A stretch of DNA of 63,056 bases, the filler included, from Octopus bimaculoides (taxonomy: Eukaryota): NCBI RefSeq assembly GCF_001194135.2. It is 9 parts of 8 records of this genome, joined end to end, with 100 filler letters (N's around TTAATTAATTAA, not from the genome) between each part and the next. Parts side by side here need not be neighbours in the genome. Positions count along the whole stretch, not along the records: positions 30,494 to 55,093 come from NC_069005.1; positions 55,194 to 58,768 come from NC_068983.1; positions 58,869 to 60,579 come from NW_026411482.1; positions 60,680 to 61,880 come from NC_068996.1; 5 more parts are not named here. One strand, 5' to 3'. Under the pieces are notes generated by a model that saw only the letters and a program-made list of their open reading frames with translations, ran no database searches and had not been told where the DNA came from. A program made the position numbers and the translations under genes. Shown piece by piece: positions 49,093 to 60,818 of the stretch (positions are counted from its first letter, which is position 1; each line of letters opens with the position of its first letter).

Positions 49093-50814
49093 GTGTCTGC
49101 GGTCGATAGGTATTTATATTTTTTTAGATTTTAATTATTTCTGTGGGAGGTTTTGGAACATAACACCCCCGATAGTCGAGCGATTACTGTATTACAGATA
49201 AATTATTATCAACAAAATATTATATGGATCCTTAAGGCCATATGGATCCTTAAGGCCATATGGATCCTGGTTGAGAACCACCGCCCAACAACCCTAAGGA
49301 CAGAAAGAACAGACTGGATGATTTAATCCTGCGTAAAGGGTGAGGTGGTCACAGGTGGAATGCTGTTGATTATTGGACTAACCATCAATACCACCAATTC
49401 ATTTTCATAATTAGTATGAAAAACTTAATTCATATACCAAATTTGAAAACAATTGGAACGAAATTGTAGACAGTGACGATAACCACAAAGATCCCACGTA
49501 CCCTTAATGTGTAGTTCTCAGGGAGATTCAGTGTGACACAGAGTGTGACAAAGCTGGCCCTTTGAAATGNNNNNNNNNNNNNNNNNNNNNNNNNNNNNNN
49601 NNNNNNNNNNNNNNNNNNNNNNNNNNNNNNNNNNNNNNNNNNNNNNNNNNNNNNNNNNNNNNNNNNNNNNNNNNNNNNNNNNNNNNNNNNNNNNNNNNNN
49701 NNNNNNNNNNNNNNNNNNNNNNNNNNNNNNNNNNNNNNNNNNNNNNNNNNTTAATTCATATACCAAATTTGAAAACAATTGGAACGAAATTGTAGACAGT
49801 GACGATAACCACAAAGATCCCACGTACCCTTAATGTGTAGTTCTCAGGGAGATTCAGTGTGACACAGAGTGTGACAAAGCTGGCCCTTTGAAATGCAGGC
49901 ACAACTCATTTTTGCCAGTTGAGTAGGCTAGAACAATGTGAAAATAAAGCGTCTTGCTCAAGGACACAAAGCGTCACCGGGAATTGAAATCACGACATTA
50001 CGATCGGGAGCTGAACACCCTAACCACTAAGCCACGCACCCCCTCCATTAGTACTACTCCCCAAGTATCAACAACCACACCGGTACCACCCACCAAGGTG
50101 GGTTTTGAACTCAGGAAGCAATAAACCGGAACAAATACTGACATTACAACAATTCCACTAATTCACCGCTTGGTATCAACCTGACGATCCTAAAAGAATG
50201 AAAAACAAAGTTGACCCTACCGTCACCATCTTTACTATCGCCATCACGATCACCTCAACCACCATCGGCATGATACACTTTCCTCTATTCATTCGCCACC
50301 GCCATCACACACTTACATACCGACAAGGGGTAACACCAGCACCATTCCCATCACCACCACCACCACAAAGACATATGTTGTCGATCACATAACTTAGTAC
50401 AGTGCACTGAACACGGTCGTGGTACCACGGGACGGGTTCAACAACAAAGATGCAAGCAATTTGATTGGCAGACGACACAAGCACGTATGTATCTACCAGT
50501 CTGCCTGTGTGACCCACTGCTGGCGTACGTCTGTGTACCTTCTGCTGTGACAATTAACAGTTATTTCTACTCCAACATGCAACTTGCTGGCGCCATTCCA
50601 ACTGTGTATTACTCGGGCAATATCATCTCAAGACATTGCACCTGTAATGTGTACTCTTCATACATACGCCCGCCTTACACATCCGCGCGCGCGCGCGCAT
50701 GCACACATTTTCTCTCTCGCTTTTGCGATATATATATACGTATGTGTGCGTGCGTGTGTGTGTGTGTGCGCGCGCGCGTGTGTGTGCGCGCGCGTGTGTG
50801 TGCGTGTAAGTCTG

Positions 50815-51013
50815 TCTTTTATCTTTTACTGGTTTCAGTCATAAGACTGTGGCCATGCTGGGGCATCGACTTGAAGAATTTTTAGTTGAATGACTCGATT
50901 TCAGTAGTACATCTATTTGAATCTGGTACTTATTCTACCGGTCTCTGTTGCCGAACCGCTATGTTGCAGGGACGTAAACACACCAACACCGATTGCCAAG
51001 TGGTGGTGTGGGA

Positions 51014-51058
<45 letters not shown>

Positions 51059-51154
51059 GATGGGCTTCTTTCAGTCTCCGTTTATTAAATCCACTCATTA
51101 GGCTTCGCTCAGCCCGAGGCTATAGAAGAAAGACATCTGACCTTGGTGCCACAG
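50815..51154 (-). mobile_element. SINE S1
   Basis: ttttactggtttcagtcataagactgtggccatgctgggg...ttgccgaaccgctatgttgcagggacgtaaacacacc...gggcttctttcagtc. Confidence 0.85.
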
Positions 51155-52564
51155 NNNNNNNNNNNNNNNNNNNNNNNNNNNNNNNNNNNNNNNNNNNNNN
51201 NNNNNNNNNNNNNNNNNNNNNNNNNNNNNNNNNNNNNNNNNNNNNNNNNNNNNNNNNNNNNNNNNNNNNNNNNNNNNNNNNNNNNNNNNNNNNNNNNNNN
51301 NNNNNNNNNNNNNNNNNNNNNNNNNNNNNNNNNNNNNNNNNNNNNNNNNNNNNNNNNNNNNNNNNNNNNNNNNNNNNNNNNNNNNNNNNNNNNNNNNNNN
51401 NNNNNNNNNNNNNNNNNNNNNNNNNNNNNNNNNNNNNNNNNNNNNNNNNNNNNNNNNNNNNNNNNNNNNNNNNNNNNNNNNNNNNNNNNNNNNNNNNNNN
51501 NNNNNNNNNNNNNNNNNNNNNNNNNNNNNNNNNNNNNNNNNNNNNNNNNNNNNNNNNNNNNNNNNNNNNNNNNNNNATATATATATATATATACTACATA
51601 TATGGAAAATCGGTGTGTGTTTGTTTGTGGAGTTGTTAGCTAACTTCTTTTACATCGTTTTATTGATTTCTGATGACACTTGACACGTGAGTAGAACTCA
51701 TGTCTGGAAACCTCGTGACATACTTAGATTGTTGAAAAAAAAATCGCTATCAGGGCGGAGATGGCTATCCGCGAGCCCCGTGAGTCAGAGAGGCTGTTCC
51801 AGCGCAATAACCATCGCCATCCTCCGAGGCAACGCCCTTTTCCGTTTTGTTTTCTGGGACCATGAAGCGGTGTGAATTGCAAGAAATTGTACGTTCCTCT
51901 CCTTAATGTAAACATACGAGAAAATTATTTTGAAATATAAAGACATAATCTTTTCGTTTTCATACTCATTTACATGCAATTCCTCTTCTGTGCACCCCTC
52001 TCACACATTTACCTCCTCCATGCACCCCTCTTTCTTTCTCTTCCTCTCTTTCTGTCTTTCTTTCTTTCTTGCTTTCTCCCCCTGTCTTATACAAACTTGT
52101 GTCAACGACCACCTCCATGCTTACGTAACTTCCCAGCGTGTCTCATTCACATGGCCTTCCTTCTCCTTAAAAGCCTGACCTTTGACATTTGAAATCCTAT
52201 TAGCAGCTTGAACTGAGTTCCCAACCTCCTTACCACAAGAATTAGTCACAGTGCCATCACGACCGACACACCACAGTCACCGCCACATCTACAACCACCA
52301 CCACCACCACCATCAAATTCCAACATAAGCACCATCCCCACAACCAGCAACATCACCACTGAATTCAACAACACTACAGCACCACCAGTATCGCCGCCAC
52401 CATTGGCAGCAGTAACACAATCGTTAACCACATTTAACCATTAACTATCAATCATTAACCATCAGCTCACCACTGACTCCGCTTGAAAAAAGGAAAAAGC
52501 CACCAAGATATCTTCTATTCGCACAGTGCCATCTTAAAAATGAAAGAACACACAACTCTAACCA

Positions 52565-52604
<40 letters not shown>

Positions 52605-52622
52605 GATCGATCGATCGATCGA

Positions 52623-52683
<61 letters not shown>

Positions 52684-52689
52684 GAGCGG

Positions 52690-53184
52690 TGCAGTCGGTT
52701 AGTGCAATCGGTTGTCAAGCGATGTTAGGGGGGGGGTTCAAACACAGACACACAAACATACACACACGCGCACACACACACTCNNNNNNNNNNNNNNNNN
52801 NNNNNNNNNNNNNNNNNNNNNNNNNNNNNNNNNNNNNNNNNNNNNNNNNNNNNNNNNNNNNNNNNNNNNNNNNNNNNNNNNNNNNNNNNNNNNNNNNNNN
52901 NNNNNNNNNNNNNNNNNNNNNNNNNNNNNNNNNNNNNNNNNNNNNNNNNNNNNNNNNNNNNNNNNNNNNNNNNNNNNNNNNNNNNNNNNNNNNNNNNNNN
53001 NNNNNNNNNNNATATATATATATATACACGACAGGCTTCTTTCAGTTTCCGTCTACCAAATCCACTCACCTTGGTCGGCCCGAGGCTATAATAGAAGACA
53101 CTTGCCCAAGGTGCCACGCAGTGGGACTGAACCCAGAACCAAGTAAGCAAGCTACTTACCACACACTCACTCCTGCGCCTGTAT
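52690..53184 (-). mobile_element. SINE S1 spanning a gap at its internal microsatellite
   Basis: tcggttgtcaagcgatg...(CA)n-N-(TA)n...acaggcttcttcagtttccgtctaccaaatcc...gccacgcagtgggactgaaccc...cactcctgcgcct. Confidence 0.85.
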
Positions 53185-53713
53185 ATATGTATATATAATA
53201 ACAGACTACGATTTTAAATATATTTCGAATTAAATTTCCCTTACCCCACAAAAAGTGCATTTATAAAAGTATTCTAATGTGTAATGATGCACTTATATGA
53301 GAATTTAAACTTTAAACGAAGTTCACTGCGTCCCACTTTGTGACCAGCGGTGAACTTTGTCTTATTGGTACAATTCTAGAAAAACTCAAATTCTCTTGTA
53401 AGTACATTATTACACATTATAACACTTTTATAACTACGTGCTTTTGTTTGATAAGGAACATTTAATTCGAAATATCACAACATGTAAAATTACAGGGTGT
53501 TGTTTCACACACACACACACACACTCATACATAAGTACATGCATACATATATGGTTGATTGTCCCGCTGTGGGCGTCAGATTACGGTTTTGCGAGTTCTT
53601 GCCGAAAAACCTGCGCAGATGATTTCTTTCAAGTGATAAAATATTTGTCATGCGGTCTCTCCGTACATATGTGTGTGTGTGTTTATGTATGTATATGTAT
53701 ATATATACATAAA

Positions 53714-54263
53714 TATTAGGTTGGCAACTAAGTTCCTGCCTTTTTTTCTTTTTTAATTAAATTTTTTAAAAGGTTTAATAAAAAATATCAACTAATTTAA
53801 TCAATAATTCACCCTTGTTGTTTACAACTTTTTCCCAACATTCAACAAGATTCTCTTGATTAGCCGTGTTGAGTCGTTCCATCTGTTGAACATAGAGTTC
53901 CAAATTGACCGTTTGGTTCCGTTCAAGAAATTCGTAATGGCATACCAATCACGAGTGGTTCTTTCAACTATGACACCCTCTCCATACACATCACAAATGT
54001 CGCGAGTAGCTTTTGCGGCCTTAGAACCTTGATTAAAAGCAAAAAGAAGGAGGTGTCGAAAATGCTCAGTTTTCTTAACTTGACATTCCATTTTAATGAT
54101 CTGAAAATAAACAAAAATTAACTAGAAAAAAAAAAAAGCGAAATAGATTCCAAAATGATTCAAAAATAGAATTCTCGAAAAAAAAAAAAGATTCAAAAAT
54201 TTAAAAACGCAATAAATTCCAAAATTAAAAAAAAACGGTGGAAACTTAGTTGCTAACCCAATA
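53714..54263 (-). mobile_element. Internally deleted mariner element with both TIRs and TA target duplication
   Basis: TA-ttaggttggcaactaagttcc ... ggaaacttagttgctaacccaa-TA. N-terminus MECQVKKTEHFRHLLLFAFNQGSKAAKATRDICDVYGEG is joined to C-terminal ENLVECWEKVVNNKGE. Confidence 0.9.
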
Positions 54264-55193
54264 CATACATATCATCATCATCTTGTTGCACTCTTTGTCC
54301 GGATTCTCATTACTCTCTGACGCCATCCTATTCTATTGTTCATCGTATCCAGCATGTCTGACGGATTGCTTGATGTATGCCATGGCTTGTTATCCTCTGA
54401 TAGCTCTTCCTTGTATAGTCTCCTACAAAAGAACTTTACAAGCAATCTTGTTTTTAGCTCTCCAGCAACTGCCCTGCATATATATATANNNNNNNNNNTC
54501 AACTGGAACCCTCGACGTCGTAAGCGACGGAGTGCCAACAATAAATTGTTCAGCAATAACGATTGATGAATACACACACATGGACACACACACACACACA
54601 CACGCACACACACACACACACACGCACACACATGGACATAGATGCACGCACAGTGTGTGCATGCGCATGCGCACTCGTCGTGTACTTGAATACACATGCG
54701 CGCGCGCCCACACGCACAGTCACACGCACGCACGCACGCATATAAGCAAACCTTCGGTAAAAGTCTGTGACGTCATTGAGTGAATGCGTGACATTGACTT
54801 TCATCCGTTCGACAGAGCTGAATGAGTAAACACGCACTCGCATATACATTCGCACACGAATTGATGTCTCGTACTACTAATACCGAAACATTGCCCGTGC
54901 GTGTGTGTGTATACATATATATATTGTTTATTATTACATATATACACAGACACATATACACATACACCCATATACATACACACATACGTATATACATATA
55001 TACATGCATGCATATATATATATATATATACATATACATACATACATCCATACATACATAAAGACATACATACGTACATGTGTGTATATATATNNNNNNN
55101 NNNNNNNNNNNNNNNNNNNNNNNNNNNNNNNNNNNNNTTAATTAATTAANNNNNNNNNNNNNNNNNNNNNNNNNNNNNNNNNNNNNNNNNNNN

Positions 55194-55305
55194 TGGCTAG
55201 TGTTTCCAGAATCCACGTGTGGGGAACACTGTCGAAAGCCTTTTGGTAGTCCACCCAGGCCATACTGAGGCCTTTCTTCTTTCTGCGGCTGTCTTCAGTT
55301 ATGGC

Positions 55306-55310
<5 letters not shown>
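55194..55310 (-). mobile_element. R4/Dong-like RT fragment
   Basis: EDSRRKKKGLSMAWVDYQKAFDSVPHTWILETL (RT motif); abuts (TTA)n. Confidence 0.85.
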
Positions 55311-55353
<43 letters not shown>

Positions 55354-55376
55354 CATTATTATTATTATTATTATTC

Positions 55377-56301
55377 ATATACACTCAACAGACTAGACTG
55401 TTGGAAAAGGAAAGAATTTTAACATTGGGCTACAACAAGTTGCCTTAGATACCAAGAACCCTCCTATCGGGTTACAGCAAGTAACTTTAGATGCCAAGAA
55501 CTCTCCTAAGTATCCCTAATAACACTGTTTTCTGCATCTGTACTAAACTGGATTTTATGCCTATTTTCTCTATCCATCTGTTCAGCTCTTAAGGGATAGT
55601 TCCCAATGCACCTATAACTACTGGGATACATTTTACCCACACTTTCCATAGTCTCTGTGATTCAATAGCTAGGTCCTGGTACTTTGCTATTTTTTCTGTA
55701 CTTCTCATATTAATTTTTTTCATCATTTGGGACTATAAAGTCAATTACCTGGCCACTTTCTATTGTCTCTATCTACCACTACTAAATCAGGCCTTCTAGC
55801 TTCTTTTACTCTGTGAGTCTGAATGTTAAAGTCCCACATCTTGTATTTCTTACTTTCTAGTACTTTACTAGGTTCATGTTCATAGCATTTATCAGTATGT
55901 TCAAATCCTAGCTTTCTACAAAGTTCCCAGTGGATTGCTCTCCCAAGATTGTCATGTCTTTTCATGTATTCTTTCTGTGCCAGCATATTACATTCACTTA
56001 CTCTAATGAGTAACGCTTTCGCCTTTTGATTTGCGTAATCTACATTGGGAATCTACTTGGTTTTTATCTATTTTGGCTTTTATCGAATTAGTCTTTAATG
56101 CTTGATCTTGTGCAACTAATAAACTTTCTGTCTCCCTCTTCAGCTTTCCTTTCTGTAGCCATAACCATGTCTCACTACTACTATTTGCTGAAACTATCTT
56201 TGGGAATCTACCATGCAATGCCTTCTCCTGTCAGTAAGATAATTTCTATTCTTTTTGTGGTTTTTAAGCTCGTTTGGTGCTTAGATTTCCCTATGTCTTG
56301 C
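55377..56301 (-). mobile_element. R4/Dong-like LINE, 3' segment (same family as 12556-14095)
   Basis: LHGRFP...WLQKGKLKRETESLLVAQDQALKTN...CRL; RHDNLGRAIHWELCRKLGF; WDFNIQ...RRPDLVVVD; 3'UTR then (AAT)n tail. Confidence 0.92.
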
Positions 56302-58048
56302 GGTTCTAAGTAAATTCCACTACGGTAAGTTTCACTGTAGGTGATATAAATACATTTTAGGTCACATTTTATTCACACATTAAGATAAAAATGATGACGA
56401 GTACATAAAATAAATAAAGAATATGAATACATTATAGCTCGCATTTTATTCAAATATTTACATTAAAATGATGACGAATACATAAAAATTAAGTTATGAA
56501 AAAAGTTTAATATATTTGAAGAAAATTCTTTTATGACAAACTGCGTGCAATATTTCTTAAAGATTGCTAAGGGTTTTCAGATTGATAATTTCCAACTAGC
56601 TTCTTTAGTCGAGCATGAGTCATTTGATAAGACTTTTGTTTATTTTTTTTCTTTTTGCTGCCGAGTCCCCACGTCGAATCTGCGCAATTTTCGCCTTACT
56701 TAAGCCTTCCTCAGTCTTAAGGGTATTGCAAAGTTTCCATAAATCTGAATTGTGGATGTTATCGACGATCACAAAGCATTGTGGAACCCTTCTACCGAAT
56801 TATTTACTCTTGGCAAGTCATTTAAAAAGCGGCCGCGTATATTCCAGAGTTGGATAGGAGGGTTCTTGGCATCTAAGGTAACTTGTTGTAGCCCGGTGTT
56901 AGGATTCTTTTCTTTTCAAACACTCTAATCTGTTGAGTGTATATGAATATCGAAGATCGCATCTCCTTACAGTTCCAGTGTATGAATTCTCATAATAAGT
57001 GATATATTCAGAAGGGATGCTTTCATCATCAGACAAATCTTCAAATCCATTGACAACGTTTTAAATTGGTAAAAATGCTAAAGCGCAAAAACACTCAATT
57101 TAAACCATTTTCTGAAGAAAAAACTAAAATTCTGTCTGAGTCATCAATGCCACTGTCAGAGACCAAAAACAAGGACCTATTTTCTAAGTACTTAACTGTA
57201 TCAGGAATTTCAAACCTTGAACGACAAGCTGGAAGTGCTGGGGCTCTTAAAGCATGCTGCCTCCAATTATGTATGTTACGTGAAAGTCCAGGAATAGTTT
57301 ACAACAATGATTGTGCTTCCTCATCGAGATTTTGTACAGCAGTAGCTATTACTTCCCGAGAAGATACTGTTCCCGTTCTCATTACTTCACTTTTCACTGA
57401 ATTAACTGCCTTTCGGGCATTAACGTGTGCACTGCTAACTGAGTGATTATGGGAGCCCGTTGAAAAAATAACTTCTGGTGTACTGGAGTTGAAAGTATGT
57501 AGTCTAGCCCGGAAACTTTTGTAAAAGCCTTCACAACGCCAATATATTTTTGTTTTGCTACTGTTTGCGCCATTCTTTTCGTATATATGATTCTCTTCGT
57601 CGCAAAGCTTACGTTTGTTCTTCTCTGATGTTATAAATGCTGCCATGGTTGAGGGTTTCAAAGTTCAAAGTTAAACTGAATAGAAAAAAATTAGCAGTAC
57701 AGTGAAATTCAGTTTTAAAATGGGTAACAATGGCATAAGCCTATACTTTACCTAACGACTAATTAGTTGAGAAGTGTGTAACAAGGGCGTATGTAATTAG
57801 TCTTCTATTGACCGCTTACTGTAACTGAATTTACTTTAGTGGAATATACCGCAGTGAATTTTACCTATAGTGAAATTTTCCGAGTGAAATTTAACTAACA
57901 ACTGTGTAACAAGGGCGTGTGTAATTAGTTTTCTATAGACCGTTATTTTCCGAGTGGAATTTACCGTAATGGAATTTACCTTAGTGGAATATACCGCAGT
58001 GAATTTTACCTATCGTGAAATTTACCGTAGTGGAATTTACCGGTCACG
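56302..58048 (-). mobile_element. Non-autonomous MULE (Mutator-like) DNA transposon with FLYWCH N-terminus, TIRs and 9-bp TSD
   Basis: TSD atgtcttgc at 56293-56301 and 58049-58057. TIR core gtaaattccactacggtaa at both ends. FLYWCH-like MAAFITSEKNKRKL...KIYWRCE...HNH; DSGIDDSDRILVF; C-terminal LPRVNNSVEGFHN...LWKLCNTLKTEE. DDE core is deleted. Confidence 0.9.
56858..56948 (+). mobile_element. About 90-bp 3' end of the same R4/Dong-like LINE inserted inside the MULE
   Basis: gataggagggttcttggcatctaagg...ctgttgagtgtatatgaata matches the reverse complement of 55375-55469. Removing it restores the MULE reading AIFDIQLWNIRGR. Confidence 0.8.
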
Positions 58049-58266
58049 ATGTCTTGCTGTGACTTTAGCAGCTTTTAATAAACTTTCTTCACTATTACCT
58101 GTGTAGGTACCTATATCTAGCTAACTCCACGCAGTCTTCCACTGACACTTTCCTTTCTAGGTATCTTTCACCTTCCTTTCTAGGCAGGTATAATCTTGCT
58201 AGCTCTGCCCTTGGGTGGAGTCCTCCAGTCATATTGAATTCCTTTCTAGTTCTTCTGTCTAGCATT
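58049..58266 (-). mobile_element. R4/Dong-like LINE, 5' segment (continuation of 55377-56301)
   Basis: LDRRTRKEFNMTGGLHPRAELARLYLPRKEG. Joining across the TSD gives gctaaagtcacagcaagacataggg, matching gctagagtcacagcaggacatagg at about 13208-13231. Confidence 0.9.
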
Positions 58267-58295
58267 TACTATTATTTATTATTATTATTTATTAT

Positions 58296-58351
58296 TATTA
58301 ATAATAACAATAATAATAATAATAATAGTAATAATAATAATAATAATAATG

Positions 58352-58428
<77 letters not shown>
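58296..58428. repeat. (AAT)n microsatellite
   Basis: Direct reading. Confidence 0.95.
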
Positions 58429-58429
<1 letters not shown>

Positions 58430-58548
58430 GGAGAGTATTGTAGTTCGCTTGAAGCATTGTGTATTGTTTGTAAAGAATAAAAAGTTTTCAATGGTACAAC
58501 AATGCACTATAATACAAAAAATGGACTATATATCTATGGTGATTTAGC

Positions 58549-58603
58549 TATCTATAGTCCGATGCTATTTCAGAATACAATTCCTTCTTCAGATATTCTT
58601 AGA
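58549..58603 (-). ncRNA. Minimal hammerhead copy with mutated cleavage site (probably inactive)
   Basis: Minus strand CTGAAGA-A-GGAA..TTCT-GAAA-TAGC; the conserved U before the cleavage nucleotide is changed to G. Confidence 0.6.
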
Positions 58604-58610
58604 TGGAGTC

Positions 58611-58665
58611 TCTAAGAATATCTGAAGAAGGAATTGTATTCCGAAATATCATCGGACTATAGATA
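58611..58665 (+). ncRNA. Minimal type I hammerhead ribozyme (intact core)
   Basis: CTGAAGA 58622-28, A, GGAA/TTCC, GAAA 58643-46, TATC with cleavage after 58650; core identical to the 25.6 kb copy. Confidence 0.7.
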
Positions 58666-58868
58666 ACTAAATTACAACAGGTATATAATCCATTTTTTGT
58701 ATTATAGTGCATTGTTGTACCATTCAAAACTTTTTATTCTTTACAAACTAATAATAATAATAATAATANNNNNNNNNNNNNNNNNNNNNNNNNNNNNNNN
58801 NNNNNNNNNNNNTTAATTAATTAANNNNNNNNNNNNNNNNNNNNNNNNNNNNNNNNNNNNNNNNNNNN

Positions 58869-58924
58869 GAGTACAGAACACACACAAGCCACATAGAGAA
58901 CATTTTCCTTCATCAGCTGCCCCC
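58869..58924 (-). repeat. 5'-truncated second copy of the 35.6-35.75 kb element
   Basis: Minus strand ggggcagCTGATGAaggaaaatgttctctatgtggc. Confidence 0.75.
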
Positions 58925-58969
58925 AGGAACTGGATTGGGAATCTTTAGGCTAATGAAAAGCAAAAGAAT

Positions 58970-59002
<33 letters not shown>

Positions 59003-59529
59003 GTGCATCTGTATGTCTATTAGTGGGTTTGTGCTGAGAGGCATATCTCACCACTACTTGCTTGTGGTAAATGAATTGTGATAAGCAACTTGCCAGTGGA
59101 ATCCTGCTTCAGTTGAAAGGTCAGAGATTCGTTGAAGTCATAAATAAATTGAGACGATTATTTTTTAGAAAAATGATGTCAACAGAAAAGAATTTAACAA
59201 AACAAAAGTAAAGCAAAAACTGAAAAAATACTTACAAAAGCACAACGCAAACAAGCAAAAGAACAGGTTTAGTTTGTCCATGATCTGAAAAAATAATTTT
59301 CGAAAATAAAAGCTGTCTGCCATAGCATGACTGACACGAGAGACTTTTAATATTTACTTGTAGAAAAATGTTAGCATAACAGACAAAGGGTTTCTTGGTT
59401 ACTTTAGGGGCAATGCATGTATATGTGTATATATGTATGTGTGCATGTATATATATATGTGTGTGTGTGTGTGTGTAGGGATATATTTTTCGTATGGCTG
59501 CTGTTATGTTCCAGATTACAACTAAGCAG

Positions 59530-59900
59530 ACGATGCCCGTGAGGACGCTTGGCTTTTCCAACGCCTTAGCCCCGCCGTTGCCCCGCAGAAACCAAGGCTG
59601 CGATTTAAGGACCGTGTCGAGTCCTCATTAAAGGCTTGTGATATGCTGGAGACTGACTGGGAGACAAACCGTCATTGCCACAGACGGAAGAAGCAGGTTA
59701 AGGAGGGGATCGACACTTTTGAGAGAGCACGTATTCTGCAAAAAGAACCTAAGTGTGCTGCTCGAAAGTGCACAGCTAGTGTAGTGAATGGGGAAAGCTT
59801 AGTTTGCAATGTTTGCAGTCGTGTATGCTTGTCAAGAGCAGGGCTTATTAGCCATCAACGGAGCTGCAAACGCAAAATATAAGTTAGTCCGAGAGCGCAC
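59530..59900 (+). mobile_element. RTE-clade LINE 3' end with zinc finger
   Basis: PRLRFKDRVESSLKAC; WET...KEGIDTFERARI...LVCNVCSRVCLSRAGLISHQRSCKRKI*. Confidence 0.8.
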
Positions 59901-60786
59901 AGTGTTCCTAAAGGTTAGCAAAGGACTTCTTCGGTCACGAGTGGAGGGCCAACGTAGGAGTGGAGAGTTATCTCCCCTGAAGACTTAACACCATAATTTG
60001 AAACTGACTACGTGTACAAATTGTAGTTTCGGGTGAGAGTTATGTCCCTTGCATGAATTAAGCAACTCGTAACAGGAACCGGAAAATAAGCTATTACGTG
60101 GAATTCGAAAGGGGGACGTTTGCAACACTGCGTCCACTCTGGTGTTCCCTTGAGATCTACGGACTATATTACCTGGATTATAAACTCTCTGAATTATTGG
60201 ATCCGATACTGTCTAAGGCAAGTGATTATTGAAATAATTGAATTGTAAAAGTCTTGGCACTATCATGCTATTTATTAGCTGTCAGAAGTGAAAGTGCTCA
60301 CTGCTAGTGAAGTATCTGTCTGTCTGCCTGTTGCTGGTTTGAGTCGATTCTTTGGCTACTGACAGCTAATACCATAACTGGCCGGAGCGAGCTATATGTC
60401 TGTCTGTCTGTCTCTCTCTCTCTATCTATCTAGCTATTACTCGAAAGTTCGCGCGTCCGCGCTAGCTAGTCGTGAGTGGTCGATCCTATTATTTTTAAAC
60501 TTCAAACTTCATTTGTTTTCTATTTTGATAAATTCTCTCTGTTGAAAATTATATTTTTATATTTTAAATAATTTGCAATNNNNNNNNNNNNNNNNNNNNN
60601 NNNNNNNNNNNNNNNNNNNNNNNTTAATTAATTAANNNNNNNNNNNNNNNNNNNNNNNNNNNNNNNNNNNNNNNNNNNNGCATATACGCACAGCTTCTGT
60701 TGTAAATCGACTCTGATAAAATAAGATACACCATTGAGTATTTGATAGTTGTCTGTCTTTTAAGCAGTAGTGTGCTTGAATCTGCG

Positions 60787-60818
<32 letters not shown>

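Larger units (their letters stand above)
58429..58748. mobile_element. Palindromic mini-element with two inverted HHR copies, embedded in (AAT)n
   Basis: Arms about 58468-58603 and 58611-58748 are inverted around the spacer tggagtc. Same family as 25512-25774. Confidence 0.85.

Noticed and set aside
49425-49890. Exact duplication of about 140 bp around a gap
   Set aside because: Identical sequence flanks the gap on both sides, which indicates an assembly artefact.
57015-57040. Minus-strand CTGATGATGAAA
   Set aside because: It lies inside MULE coding sequence (DLSDDES) with no stems.
59980-60015. CTGAAGA...GAAAC after the RTE 3' end
   Set aside because: Stems I and II cannot be formed in the required register.
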